The notes under the pieces were generated by a model that saw only the letters and a list, made by a program, of their open reading frames with translations, searched no databases and was not told where the DNA came from. 64,000 bases of DNA, taken from Lama glama. Its lineage: Eukaryota. Of this stretch, positions 39,521 to 52,619 are shown piece by piece; the stretch's first letter is position 1; each line of letters opens with the position of its first letter. Both the position numbers and the translations under genes were made by a program. The stretch is from positions 51,152,001 to 51,216,000 of the forward strand of contig CM052817.1 of assembly GCA_028534125.1 (NCBI GenBank). The letters are read 5' to 3'.

Positions 39521-41129
39521 AAGATCTAATATATTCTTTTAAAATATTCTCTTTGACTAAAGCCCAGATAACCTATTTATTAATCAGCTGTTTTCATGAA
39601 ACATCATTATTTGTGTGGCTATTTTGAAAAAAGGCAGCTGAAGATAAAAGCCAAAAGCAAGTACTGCAGTGCTGGTTGGAGTTAATGGTGTCCTCAAGAG
39701 TTCCACAAAATGACTTTAAAGCTCTAAGGGTGGAAGTTCAGTGGATCAAGTAGTGGCACATTAACCATTAGGACCATGCTCGCAGACCCTGCATGATCAG
39801 GGGGCATCCTCAGATTTGTAATAAATCACACAGATTAATTTGACAGTACGCCCACTATCTTTAGACTCTATAAATCTTAGGTGCAGGGCTCCATTCATTT
39901 AAAACAAAAACAATCAGAAAATGTCTATAAACCAAGATAAAAATACTCTCTTCCAAAAGTGACCATTATTTTGTGATCTTCCAAATTTCAGAGGAACAAT
40001 GAGAAACATTTATCTAAAATGCTGTTTCTTGTGAAAATCACTAGGACAAGCTCTATCTAAGTAGGGAACTTTCTGCAAAATTCTGGTACCACATAAAACA
40101 AGGAGAGAAGCTAACTGTATTTCTTGGTGAGTGGCTACGTTTGGAAGGTGGAGTAATTTTCTTTTGATTCCTCTTGTAACATCTTCCTTGCCTGCTTCTC
40201 AGACCAGGGTTCAGTTTTATTTTCACTAACAATGGAGGTAAGAAAAATCAAAATGCAATATCCTTGAATGTCTGCAGTTTTCTTTATATTCATATTCTTT
40301 AAAGTTTACTTTCAATGTTTGTTTAACTAAGAGTCTTTGGATGTTAAAAAATTATGCCACTCTAAACCTATTCTGATTATAAACTTTAAAACTGTATAAT
40401 AAAATCAAAGCTTTTTTTTATTATTATTCTAGGAAATAAAGTGTTGATTACTAAAGCAATTTTTAATAATTTGGATTCAATTATAAACATTATTGACAAG
40501 CAATTCCTCTTATTTTCCATTCTTTAGTTAGTCTTTTAAAAAAGTATTTTTCAGCTTTAAGATAGTATTTGTAGTCTAAACTATCATTACCACAGAGTAA
40601 AGCATAATAAATCTACCATTGTATCTATTAAATCCTTATGACAGAAGTTCAGAATCATCTAGATCATAAAATAAGTTTTAAATTTTTAATCCTGGGCTTG
40701 CTACTCCTGAGACAGTACGAGAAACAGACAGTGAGAGAAAGTTGACCCTAACATATGCTGGTGGCATGAATATTATCCCTCAGTTGCCTTTTTACCCCCG
40801 TGCTTAGCTAATATGCTATCAAGTCTGTGATAACTTCCGAAGATATTTACCTATAATAGCAGAAATTCCTTTGATGATTACAAGACTAACAGTTGCTACT
40901 AATACATAATTGGCCATTTATATTTAATAACTTAAGTGACAATACAGATAATTCAACGGCTTTGAGAAAAAAAATCTAAGCCAAAATATGAATATTCAAA
41001 CAGCATCCCTGATTAACTTTATTCCTAAAGAATAAAAAGTGCATGAGCTCTAGAATTACATAATTCCTTACTTTCCAGAATAAGCCTCACAGACCCTAAT
41101 GAATGGTGAAAGCGTGGGAGAAAAGAAAT

Positions 41130-41535
41130 TTTATCAGCCAGGGTTTCACAGAGAAACAGAACCAATACAAAAATTTATTATAAAAACTGGCTCATGCAAG
41201 CTGGAGAACTAGAAAAGCCAGTAGTGTGATTCAGTCTGAATCTAAAGTTTGAGAGCCAGGAACTCCGATGTCCAAAGGCAGGAAAAGATGGACATTAGAG
41301 CTGTAGAAGAAAAAACGTAATCCACCCTTCATCCCCTTTTTTGTTCCAGTCAAACTCTTAAGAGGTTGGATGATACCAGCTGACATTGGTGAGGGCAGAT
41401 CTCTACTCAGTCCACCAATTCAAATGCTAATCCCGTTCCAAGCACCCTCACTGACATACTCAGAAATCATGTTTTATTGGTTATCTGGGCATCCCGTAGC
41501 CCAGTCAAGTTGACACAAAAGTTAATTACCTCAAA
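41130..41535 (-). mobile_element. MLT2 (ERVL) solo LTR
   Basis: agccagggtttcacagagaaacagaaccaata ... cccagtcaagttgacacaaaagttaattacctca. Confidence 0.85.
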
Positions 41536-41891
41536 TATACTATGCAATGTCACAGAGTTAAGCTTTCCCCACAGGAAACATTTTTTCCTAAATAAAAATA
41601 TGAACTATGCTAAATATAGTTTCAGAGACATTTCCATGAGAGATCACTTAATGGAGAGTAGATAGAGCAACACTCTTTAGGACTCTGGAGAAATACCCTA
41701 AAAGAGTTCCTCTTTTTCTCTTAAAAATAATGCAAACTTTTCATCCTATTAACTCTGGTAATATAATATATAGCATAACCTAACCAAACGTATTTAAAAT
41801 TAGTCTCATTTTGTTAAGGCTTAAATGTAATGCTGCTGTGTTATGTTCACAAATTTTAGATGCTTGATTCAATTAAAAATGAATGTTCTGT

Positions 41892-42869
41892 GATAATTAG
41901 TGATACTGAGCATTTTTTCATGTGCCTATTGATCATTTGTATTTCTTCCTTGGAGAATTGCTTGTTTAGGTCAATCCATTTTTGGATAGGACAGAATACT
42001 CAATATCACTAATTATCAGAGAAATGCAAATCAAAACTACAATGAGGTATCACCTCACACCAGTCAGAATGGCCATCATTCAAAAGTCCACAAATGACAA
42101 ATGCTGGAGAGGCTGTGGAGAAAAGGGAATCCTCCTGCACTGCTGGTGGGAATGCAGTTTGGTGCAGCCACTGTGGAAAACAGTATGGAGATTCCTTAAA
42201 AGACTAGGAATAGATTTACCATATGACCCAGTAATCCTGCTCTTGGGCATATATCCAGAAGAAACCCTACTTCAAAAAGACACCTGCACCGCAAAGTTCA
42301 CAGCAGCACTATTTACAATAGCCAAGACATGGAAACTACTTAAATGTCCACCAACAGATGACTGGATAAAGACAGTGTGGTATATTTATACAATGGGATA
42401 CTATTCAGCCATAAAAAATGACAACATAACACCATTTGCAGCAACATGGATGTCTCTGGAGAATGTCATTCTAAGTGAAGTAAGCCAGAAAGAGAAAGAA
42501 AAATACCATATGAGATCGCTTATATGTGGAATCTAAAAAAAAAAAAAGAACAGAAATACAAAACAGAAACAGACTTACAGACATAGAATACAAACTTGTG
42601 GTTTCCAGGGGGAAAAAGGGTGGGAAGGGACAGACTGGGAGTTTGAAATTTGTAGATACTGACAGGCATATGTAGAATAGATAAACAAGATTATACTGTA
42701 TAGCACAGGGAAATATATACAAGATCTTGTGGTAGCTCACAGCAAAAAAGAATGCAGCAATGAATATATGTATGTCCATGTATAACTGAAAAATTGTGTT
42801 CTACACTGGAAATTGACACAACATTGTAAACTGACTATAATTCAATAAAAAATAAATATAGTAGAGGAA
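41892..42869 (+). mobile_element. Young L1 with 5' inversion
   Basis: 41892-41987 is antisense ORF2. ~41995-42536 is an open ORF2 C-terminus ([19 protein letters not shown]...HCWWEC...), followed by 3' UTR and tail. TSD aaaaatgaatgttctgt (41875-41891) / aaaaatgaatactctgt (42870-42886). Confidence 0.95.
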
Positions 42870-44999
42870 AAAAATGAATACTCTGTCAGGTTCAACAACA
42901 GGGAAACTTCATAATATTGGTATCATAATATTTCAGAAATATTACAGACTCTCTAAGTAAGTAGACACAAATGATAAATATTTTTCTTACTATTTTTTTA
43001 TCCATATCTAGAGAATTTCTAACAGAAGATGCACAGAGTGATGCCAAAGAGTTGGCATGGTGCACAATTTTATGTTCCTCTTGATGGAAATCTCAAAAAG
43101 TGTATTTTCTTGCTGTGAGGTCAAAGGGCCTTTCATTCACAGCTTGCTCTTAAGGAAGTAGTTCCAAAAAGATTTTTTCTGAAAAGAAAAGTTAACTGCT
43201 AGTGGAATGAATTTAACTACAGATTTTTTATCATTTTTAGATTTCAAAGAAACTAACACTCTTCCTTCTTTTTTTGTGACCTGGTTATAGAAGACATACT
43301 ACCTGGAAAACAGTTTGCATTCAAAGAAAAATAAATAAACAAAATCACAACACCTGGTTGAAAGTATTCTCATCAGTTAATTTGATGTTAAAAACTATGA
43401 TATTTACTTGTCTTCACAGGTATTATTCTAAATATTGAGATAATTGAGACCAATAAAATGGCTAGACTACTTGCTCTCATCGAAGTATATGGTTCAAAAA
43501 GAGTTTAAACAAATTTACTCAATGGGTTGTTTAAACTTGATATCTGACATATTAAAGTTCATAACGTGATGCGATGACTGTTTTGACAAAGAGTGAACAG
43601 TTAAGGACACCAGTGAAAACAGAATAACTTTTCCTTGAGACTTGCCAATTAATTTCTCCTCACTTCAAATATATTTCTGTAGTTAGATAACTAGATCTTG
43701 AATTTTCAAATAACAACACCATACACACATAAACACACCCCACACACATATAAATTTTCAATCACTTGAGTCTAGTACATTTTTTTTAAAAATTACATTA
43801 TATCCACATAAACATAAGATTATCTGACATATTGTATTTCACTTGTCCGTTCTTGTGATTATTTTTAAGAGGATGAAAGCTCAAATATTTCAAACAGAAT
43901 CATAGAGTAAATCAGGACTCCAGATAGATGCATCATTTTTATCCTTTGGCTTTGAACACTCCCTGAAAAAATGCTGCATCTCCAAGTTTAAGAAGCACAA
44001 CCTGACGTTATCTTGAACTTTATTTTTGTAAAATGTAAAGATTTCCCATGACAGACTAGTGGTCACTGCTACACATTAACAAATATTAAAGAATTATAAA
44101 CAGCTTAGCAATTATGAATGACATTAGTCAAAATTTGTAAGTGGAAAATAAACACTTATGAAATAGAATGGCAACTTCCAAAAATATGTTTTGGTCAATA
44201 AGTGCAATGAAAATGGAAGTTTGTTTTGGTATGTGTTGTTATTGAGCTATATTAGGAGGAATGCCAACAGTGCCATAAATTCTAAACATAACTCCAGAAT
44301 TGCTGGTAAGTCAATGAGAGCTATTTAACTACTGACTGAACTTCCTCTTAACCAGTGAATGAATTATGCTGTGAGTTAGAAATATATTTGTCACTTTATA
44401 CATAGGGAGGTTTTAATACACAGGAAATATTTTCTCATAGAATTCAGTACTAAATTTCAGTCCAACTAAAGGTTATAAAGTCATGGTCCTCAAAATTTCT
44501 TTACCCATGACTTTTTCCAAGAAAAAAATCACTGTGTGTTGCTTGAGTCTTAAAATTGTATAAAATATTGTGAACAAAAATATATTTTACTTAGATATAT
44601 TTATTTACTTGTAAATTATAATTTAGTTTATTAACTTAGTTTATTTAGATATACTCAAAATCTAAGAATACCCATGACTCCTGATGCCTTCAACTCATTC
44701 TGCTTTCCTTCCATAGCACTTAGATTTATTACGGTTTGCAGACTTTCAGCAAGGATTGCAGGAGTGAAAAGGAGAAATAACCATAAAAGCAGTTCCTAGA
44801 GGGAAGTCAGGTTGAAAGCATTTTTTTTTCATGTATTTGGAAATTACAAGGCAAATATACAGGTAAATTTCCTGACAAAATTGTTTGAGAGCTAATCGTA
44901 CATATTTTACCTTTATGATGAAGAAGACTATAGTTCATGTATTTGAAAATGCATCTCATAACAAAATAAACAAACGTATCCTCAAATAAAGTAAAACTA

Positions 45000-45665
45000 G
45001 ACCCAATGTACATACTGAGAGAAACACACAACTCCTATAAAATAAACTTTCCACAAAATGAAACTCATATCTGATTGAGTTCCTAGGTCTAACAACCAAT
45101 TTACAGAAAATAAAGAAGCCAAAGGAATATGTTAAATTATGAAATCAGTAAATCTAAGTTTGACGAAATCCCATTGGACAAACAGCTAGTTAGAGGCAAA
45201 TAATTTCTGGGGATGGGGGAAATGGAAATAGAATCTACAGATTTAAAAATAATTAAATTATTAAAAGAAACATGATAAATTATAATGTATAGGACTTAGT
45301 TTGTCCCTGATTTGTACAAATGGTTAAAAAAAAAAGGACAATCCTGGTAATATGAAAACTAATTGGACATTTTATTAACTATTATTATTAATGTAGTGGC
45401 TATATTTTAAAAAGTTGGACATTTTATTAACTATTATTATTAATGTAGTGGCTATATTTTAAAAAGTCATTTTTTTAGCAATTAATGCTTAAATATTTGC
45501 AGATGAAATATTGTGCTATCCAAAATTTACTTAGAAAAGAATCTGGGGATGTTGGAGATATTAGGGGGTTTTGATGTTAAAGTATACAAAATTAAAATGA
45601 ATACATCGGCATTCATTATCTTAGTATGTCTACTTTGTTATGTGTGTGAAATTTTCCATAATGAA
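45000..45665 (+). mobile_element. Old L1M (L1MC/ME-like) 3' end
   Basis: ctagatctaac-like ctaggtctaacaaccaatttacagaaaat...; ends cattcattatc...ctactttgttatgtgtgtgaaattttccataatgaaa. Confidence 0.6.
45363..45466. repeat. Perfect 52-bp tandem duplication
   Basis: ttggacattttattaactattattattaatgtagtggctatattttaaaaag at 45363-45414 and 45415-45466. Confidence 0.95.
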
Positions 45666-48600
45666 AGGTAGAAAGATTTAAAAAGTAAGATTTGGAGACA
45701 CAGACTGAACTCAGATAATTGGCAGGAAATGAGAAATTTTGAGTGTCACAGATAAATTTATTGCTGATAAAATATAGTGAGTCCAGACATGATGAATGTT
45801 TTGAAGTATACTTTAAAGAAAATCAAATCAAGTAAGGTAACTGCTTTTTTAACATGTATTTAAACTTAATGTTAAAATAAAATACATTTTTGTTTCCTCT
45901 GACAAAAACTTATGAAAATCTTTTCACAGAAGTAGCAGTTAAGGGTTGTTGGAAACTTCTGGAAGATTCCTTAGATGATAATCTTGTCTTTCTGCCTAAT
46001 TCTCCACACATACTTTCCTCAGTGAACAAACCTGCTTTGGCCCAGCTTTTACTTTTGCAAAGAAGTTGGACGTCTTGTTTCCAGTTATGTGTCTTGTGGG
46101 CAATTTTTATTGGAATAAATATCTTATGTTCAGTACTGAAAATCAGTATTTTCTGACTCTTCATTAAAAGCCTATTTAAAATATATCATAGGCCAGAAAA
46201 AATTGTCCTCTTGCCTTGAAGTCTTAGGGTTATTACTAAATTAGGAAATCCTTTCTGATTCTAGCTGTAATATATGCAGTATCAGGATAGCAGGAATTTT
46301 GTCTTTTTTCAATTAGTCTCAAGACTTCGGTAATGCCAGATTTCACTCCTGAAGAACTGAACAAAGTTCCAGAATCTGGCTTATTTTATTACTGAATAAA
46401 TCATTAAAGAGGAGGCTAATTATAAAAGAGATTGCTGCTATTTATGCCCAAATATATTTACAATCTCAACAGGCTGGAAATAAAGGAATTTTAAAATATT
46501 AAAAATATGTGACAAATAAATAGACATTTTGCTAATTTATTTTCTCCTGGGGTTTCCTCTGAATGTTGTTAACGTTGTTTAAGGGAAAACTCATAAATTT
46601 CCTAGGGGATTCAATTCCAAAATTTAGCACTAATCTTATTATTAGTAATGTGATCATTGCATTTCAAATTAAGATAGGTTTAAGTCATTTTGCTTTAATG
46701 TCAGCCTATCAATTTTTTAGCACCATATGAGCATTATGTAATTAAAGTGAATTATACAATTATGTGATATGAGATGCCTTGGTAGGTTTTACATCTAAAA
46801 ATGGAACGATTTAATTTGAATTGATTGTTGTTTATATGCCATTTAACTACATGCATGAGCTGATCACATCATAAAGAAAAAGTACTTGCCACAGTGGCAA
46901 TTACAGAACATTTAATTTGATATCCAAGGAACAGTTCACCAAATTAAAAGTTCTGGCCTTTAATCCAACAAATGTAAAACATGTATCTGGACTCTGTCAC
47001 AGTATCTGTATTATTCCAGCGGGGCTAAAAAGATTAATGACACTTTGATGTTATATCAAAATATTAAAAGTGACCATAGAAAGAGAAAAGAATCTTTTGG
47101 AGCTAGAGATGTAAATTCTAAAGATACTATTTCCCTCATACTTTGCTAAAGTTGAATATGTTTATACTCTACTCTCAAAGGTCACTAATGATATAATAAT
47201 TACCATACTCAATATTTTCTCTCTTAATTTTCTTACCTTCCTCCCTGTCAGAATTTGCAATGTTGGCTTCCACTCAGGGAAATTCTCTTCCCCTGCATTC
47301 ACACAATCTTGTTTCTAACTCTTTTTTGGCACCTTTACTTTTTTTTAAGTGTCTTAAACACCTATGACAATGTGCTACCCCGTGCCCATATACATTATTT
47401 AAGATTCTAACTAATGTGACCAAAGTATCTATATAGAACTAACAGACAGCTCAAAACAGCTCTTTTGGGTAGGCAACACCTTCATTCTGCGCTTTCTTGC
47501 TTCTCACTCTCTGGATGTGAGCATTTTCCAGGTTTAAATTTCTGACAACACTTACCATCCAAAAGATTGTAACAATCTTACAATATTTATTTGACTTCTC
47601 ATTTAAATTTTCACTTCATTTTCAACTAGCTTCAAGGCATTTCCGAACAAAAATTTTTAGTCCGTTTAAGCACAACATACCTAAAATGCAACTCATAATC
47701 CACTTCCCCACACATGCCTATTCTTCTAATATTCCAAATTCAACACATTCAACACAGTCACTCAGACAAGAAAACTTTATATAGTCCTTAGTCAATACCT
47801 TTTCTTTGTCACCCATAACAAATAAGATATTATAAACCAGAGTGTTCTCTTTTTAGTGCCACCCACAATTATATCTGCCTTTTAATTCATAGTACTACAA
47901 ATTTAGCTCAGGATTCTGCCTCTTTATACATTCAGTTTATTGAAGTAGATCCCAACTTTATGCTCCTATCCTATTCTTTCTTCCTGGTCAAGGATTATGA
48001 ATAAAAAAAAATAGTTTTCACAAAATGATTTTGTATTACTTCCCTTAATTAAAAAGCCTTAGTAGCAGTTCCATTATCTCAGGAATAAACTTTGTCTTCT
48101 GCACACTTGAAATTCTACCCTGGCTTATAGGAAACCTTCAAATTCTTTGCAAGTGTCACAACCACCCCTCAATATGAACCCTTTAATCCCAACATGATAA
48201 AATGAAAAGCTTAAACAAAAAAGAGCAAAGACCGAGATGTTGTATTAACCATGGATCAAAGTGGTCATATGGAAAGCTAGATGATAAACATGAAAGTATA
48301 AATTAGGAACAATATATACAGGTTATTGAATGTAAGAACAAGATTCATTTATATTATATTTCAGGCCACAAATCTGAAATTTGAAAGTTGAGAAAGAAAA
48401 TCATCCTCCAAAGGGTAATGACCTTGAACAATAGTTAAAAATTCCAGTTGTGGTAGACTAGAATTGAGCAACATATGTATAAGATGAATCTAAAGTCATA
48501 GTCAAGTAGCCAAAGAGAAGTAAAGGTAGCATGGAACAAGATCATAATTAAGACGAATTTAAGTGTAACAGAGCAGGAGTGAGTCAAGTTGGTCTGGGTG

Positions 48601-50049
48601 AATATAGACACGGAAGTCTGTCTGATAATTAGGACCAGGTAATCAGTGAGTTAAAAAAAATGAAAAAGAAAATAAAAACAATAATATGAACTTATAAATG
48701 GTCAGAAAAACAATATTTAAAATGTAAAGTGCAATTTAAACTTGCCTATACTCTTGCTTTTGTATTCTGGCATGTACTTCCTTTGGCATCGAGAGACATT
48801 TGGTTTAGGATCCAATTTCTTCTATCTCCTATTTACACTAGATGTGTGTTCTGCATGTAATATGCTTAGCACAGTACTTGGCACAAATTAGATAATTAAT
48901 AAATGGAAGTTGTAAATATTATTTCCCCTACATGTTAGTGGGAAAACTCAATTTTTAGGTAAACTTTTGCATTCCAGATACATCACTTTTACCCCACATA
49001 AGTAGTCATAAAAATATTTGTGGGTCAAAACTTTAAATTAAAAATAATTGTCTGAAAGTAATCTGCAATATCATTTTTTGGGGGGGATAAATAAGGATGT
49101 AATAAGGTCACCCTTCAGTTAATTGGGAAAACTTGTTACATTATGGAATATGTGTTCCTTCATTCTGTTTTGTACCTGAAATGATTGATGGGTCTCAATG
49201 TCTGTACATTATGTCATCTGGTTACATGACAAAATCATACAGAAATTTCCTCTTGGACCCTAAGAAATCCAGTCTTAGTGACTGCCACATATATATATCC
49301 ACTAGGGAGGCCACCTCTTTAGTTTAATTCAAAACCACCCTGTTCTTAAGGGAATTTTTTTTATAAATAGCTTACTTTTTTAAGCTTTATAATGTATTTC
49401 AAATATACTATTGGAAAGCAAATTATAAATAGGTAAATAGCCCCAATATTTATAAATATATACGTAAAATAACTTGATGATATTATGTTCTAAAATTTGA
49501 AGCTGAGCCCTATCTTAGGTTTATGTGTGGTCCCCTTTTGTTACATTTCAACTTTGCCTATTATTCTTACCACATAGGAGAAGATCTGTTTTGGCATCAG
49601 TACATCAAAAAAATATCTATTTGTTTTATTTTATCCCAAATGTCAATTCAATGTCAATTAAATGGCATGCTTACTAATGAAGCTAATACAAGTTTTGTTT
49701 CTTGTTCTTCAATTTTTCTGAGGAAATCAACACCAAAGAGATGAAAGACAAAACATTTTGAATATTACACAGATTAAAGAAAACACAAGATGGAATGAAT
49801 ATACATCTTCTTCCAAAAAACAGCATTTCTATACTGAGCACCCATGAGATGATTCTGTCCCATATCCATTATTTCATCCTTCGGTTAATTCATTTATTAT
49901 TTTAATTTCATCTAATATTAAAGTGTTTGATTATTTCTGTTTTATCTTGAAAACTGTTAAATATGTGTATCATGTAAAATATACATAAATATATAACTAG
50001 CAAACCAGTAAATAGGAAAGAATAAAAATTAAAACCTTTGATTACCCCT

Positions 50050-50424
50050 GCCTCCCTATCCCTTCCTAAAAAAGAAGGAAAGAAAAGAAAAGAAAATTGA
50101 AAAATCAGATTGAATTGAATAAAGGGAAAGTACAAAAATGTGCTAAAAACAAATCTTAACACACTGTCGATAATACCAACAATGTGAATCAGGGGCAGAC
50201 CATTTGACTATAAAATAAAAATGGAACTAATTTCACTAAATTAAAGACATAGATTTGTAGATGAGATAAATTAGAATGAATAAGTATAAACTGCTTACAA
50301 TGACACAAATAAAATGTAAGCTCTTAGAAACTTTTAAAGTAAAAATGAGAAAAGCTACTCCACTAAAATAACAAAAGTCTATTGGGAAGATGCTGGATTG
50401 CTGAGGAATAGCAATATTAATATC
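50050..50424 (+). mobile_element. Old L1M inter-ORF / ORF2 endonuclease-start fragment
   Basis: A-rich; aaatggaactaatttcactaaattaaagacatagatt, ctgcttacaatgacaca and ggaatagcaatattaatatca resemble the ORF2 N-terminus. Confidence 0.55.
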
Positions 50425-50489
50425 ATCTATCTATTTCTTTGTCCATAACATAGTTGATTATTTGTGATTTTAAAAAATATGATCTCTAT

Positions 50490-51835
50490 ATAGTAACAGA
50501 AGAAAAACATCACCAGGAGTTTTGAGCAATTCTACAATTCTCTACTATTCCTAAAGTACCCACAATATAGAGAACTGAACTTGACAGAACTAATTTCACT
50601 TTCATAAGATATTTTGACACACATTTTGTAGTAATGGATAACATCACAAATGAGTATGTAATGATCTAAACTACACAATTAATTATATAAGGGAGATATA
50701 TTGGCAAAATACTAATTATTACTAAAGCTAGAGGCAGATACCTGACAAGATTTGTTATATTAAACTTTAAATACATAAAAAATCTTGTGGTTACCAGGGG
50801 GGTGGAGGGTGGGAAGGGATAGACTGGGATTTCAAAATTGTAGAATAGATAAACAAGATTATACTGTATAGCACAGGGAAATATACACAAAATGTTATGA
50901 TAACTCACAGAGAAAAAAATGTGACAATGAGTGTGTATATGTCCATGAATGACTGAAAAATTGTGCTGGACACTGGAATTTGACACAACATTGTAAAATG
51001 ATTATAAATCAATAAAAAATATTAAAAAAAATCTTGTGAAATAGGGATTGGCCATAAATAGCAAATTGATTAATCAATTTTATACAAAGCACCTATCAGT
51101 CAAGTAACAAACTATATAAACACAATCAGATGAATCATTGGTTTGATACTGAGAGCAACATTCATTTCAGTAATTTCCATTTCTTGCCTTTTGATATATA
51201 TGACTTGGTTTTAGACTGATATATTGATGTCTTTACAGAGATTTGTAAAAATCCATGTTGTAGATTCCAAGAAGATATGGAAATATGCCTAGTAAAGACA
51301 ATTATCCCAGAAATGTTTCAAGAGGCAACAGAAGCATATTAAGAAGGCATTAAATACATCCATGATTTCCTGGTGATAAAGCTTCTGTTACATTGTTATT
51401 GAACACTGTGATAATGACAGCAGGAGAAATGCTTTTAAAGAGTTGGACAGAAATACAGATGGCTTCTCACTAGGTCATTTTATATTCCTCACTAGTCTAT
51501 CTAGTTCAACCAGTGTTTCATATAGAGCTAACACTGGTAATTAATCATTTTTCTTATATTTGCATGTATTACCATTTGGATATGGTGGAGCTAATGATGC
51601 AATAACAAAAAGAGACTAAAATTGTTTCTACTTACAAGATCTTCTGAATAATAAACTTAGTGATTTACTACTACTGTTGCTTCAAAATATTTCTTGAAGT
51701 TGTAATATCCCTTCAATGCACAGATGTAATATTCTGCATGAAATATTGTATGTAACGTTCTTCTATGCAGAAAAGAGAATTCCTTTGAAAAGAGAAAAAT
51801 TCCTTTAATGATAGTAGCCTAGAATCCTTTCACCT
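50490..51835 (+). pseudogene. Candidate endogenous Mononegavirales (bornavirus-like) L polymerase gene fossil, interrupted by a young L1
   Basis: Collinear degenerate motifs: LTELISL/HKIF*HTF (50581-50626), NRDWP (51040-51054), EICKNPC/VDSKKIWKYA* (51238-51292), KE/TEIQ/TRSF (51437-51480), IELTLVINHFSYI (51522-51560), IINLVIYYYCC...LEVVISL...DVIFCMK (51648-51743). Requires several frameshifts; not verified by search. Confidence 0.55.
50790..51025 (+). mobile_element. Short 5'-truncated young L1 (3' UTR only)
   Basis: gttaccagggggg...atagataaacaagattatactgtatagcacaggg...aataaaaaa. 13-bp TSD aaaaaatcttgtg at 50777-50789 and 51026-51038. Confidence 0.95.
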
Positions 51836-52619
51836 GAATTTGAATCATACAGATTTACATTTGATTTTCAGTGACTGGCTTATGTTACATATACTTCTGT
51901 ACTATATATATATGTACACACACAATTTTTAATTCATATGTAAATAGTGCAACGTTTTAGGACAAATGGATAAAAATACTAAATAAACAAAGGATATATT
52001 TCCTTCTAAAATAGTGTATGTTTATTTATTTGTATGCATACATATATATACATATATTCGCACACATATATGTAACAAAAATAACAGTATCATGCTGATT
52101 ATTTTGTTAAATATAGTCTATTAATATATGTATTATAAGTGTCATTCTATGTTATTATATATCCTTATTCTACATAATTTTAATAGCTATTGAATGTTTT
52201 CTTATAGTATTTTCTCTAAGTTGTAATTAAAAGTAAATGTTTTCTACTACCTCCAACACATTCACTCTCTAGCCCAGAGATAATCCTTTTTAATTATTTT
52301 TCTTTACTGTTATTTCAGTGTCCAGTGGAGATTACTTGCTGCTTATCCCAATATGTGTTCTCACCATCTTTTGACTTATCCTTAGTTACACCTATTGCCA
52401 AAAGAAGAAAAACTGTATTTTGTAACTTGTCTTGCATGGGAAAGTTCATTTAATTAAAATTTGGGTCCCTGAAATACAAGCAGAAATTTATGAGCTAATT
52501 CAGAGAAGTGTTCTTAATGAGAACAGACACACTCAGTCTTCTGCTCCTTTCATTTTCTTGTAAACCTGCATTAAAAATTAATGTTTGGGTATTATCATAT
52601 TCATTATGCTAAAAAAGCA

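Noticed and set aside
41982..42536. 184-aa ORF as a gene
   Set aside because: It is the ORF2 C-terminus of a truncated L1; the start codon is a TTG within the inversion junction.
51603..51650. QKETKIVSTYKIF as the KE.E.K...R.F motif of the candidate L gene
   Set aside because: Spacing to the upstream and downstream motifs fits 51437-51480 better. The ambiguity illustrates the overfitting risk in that finding.
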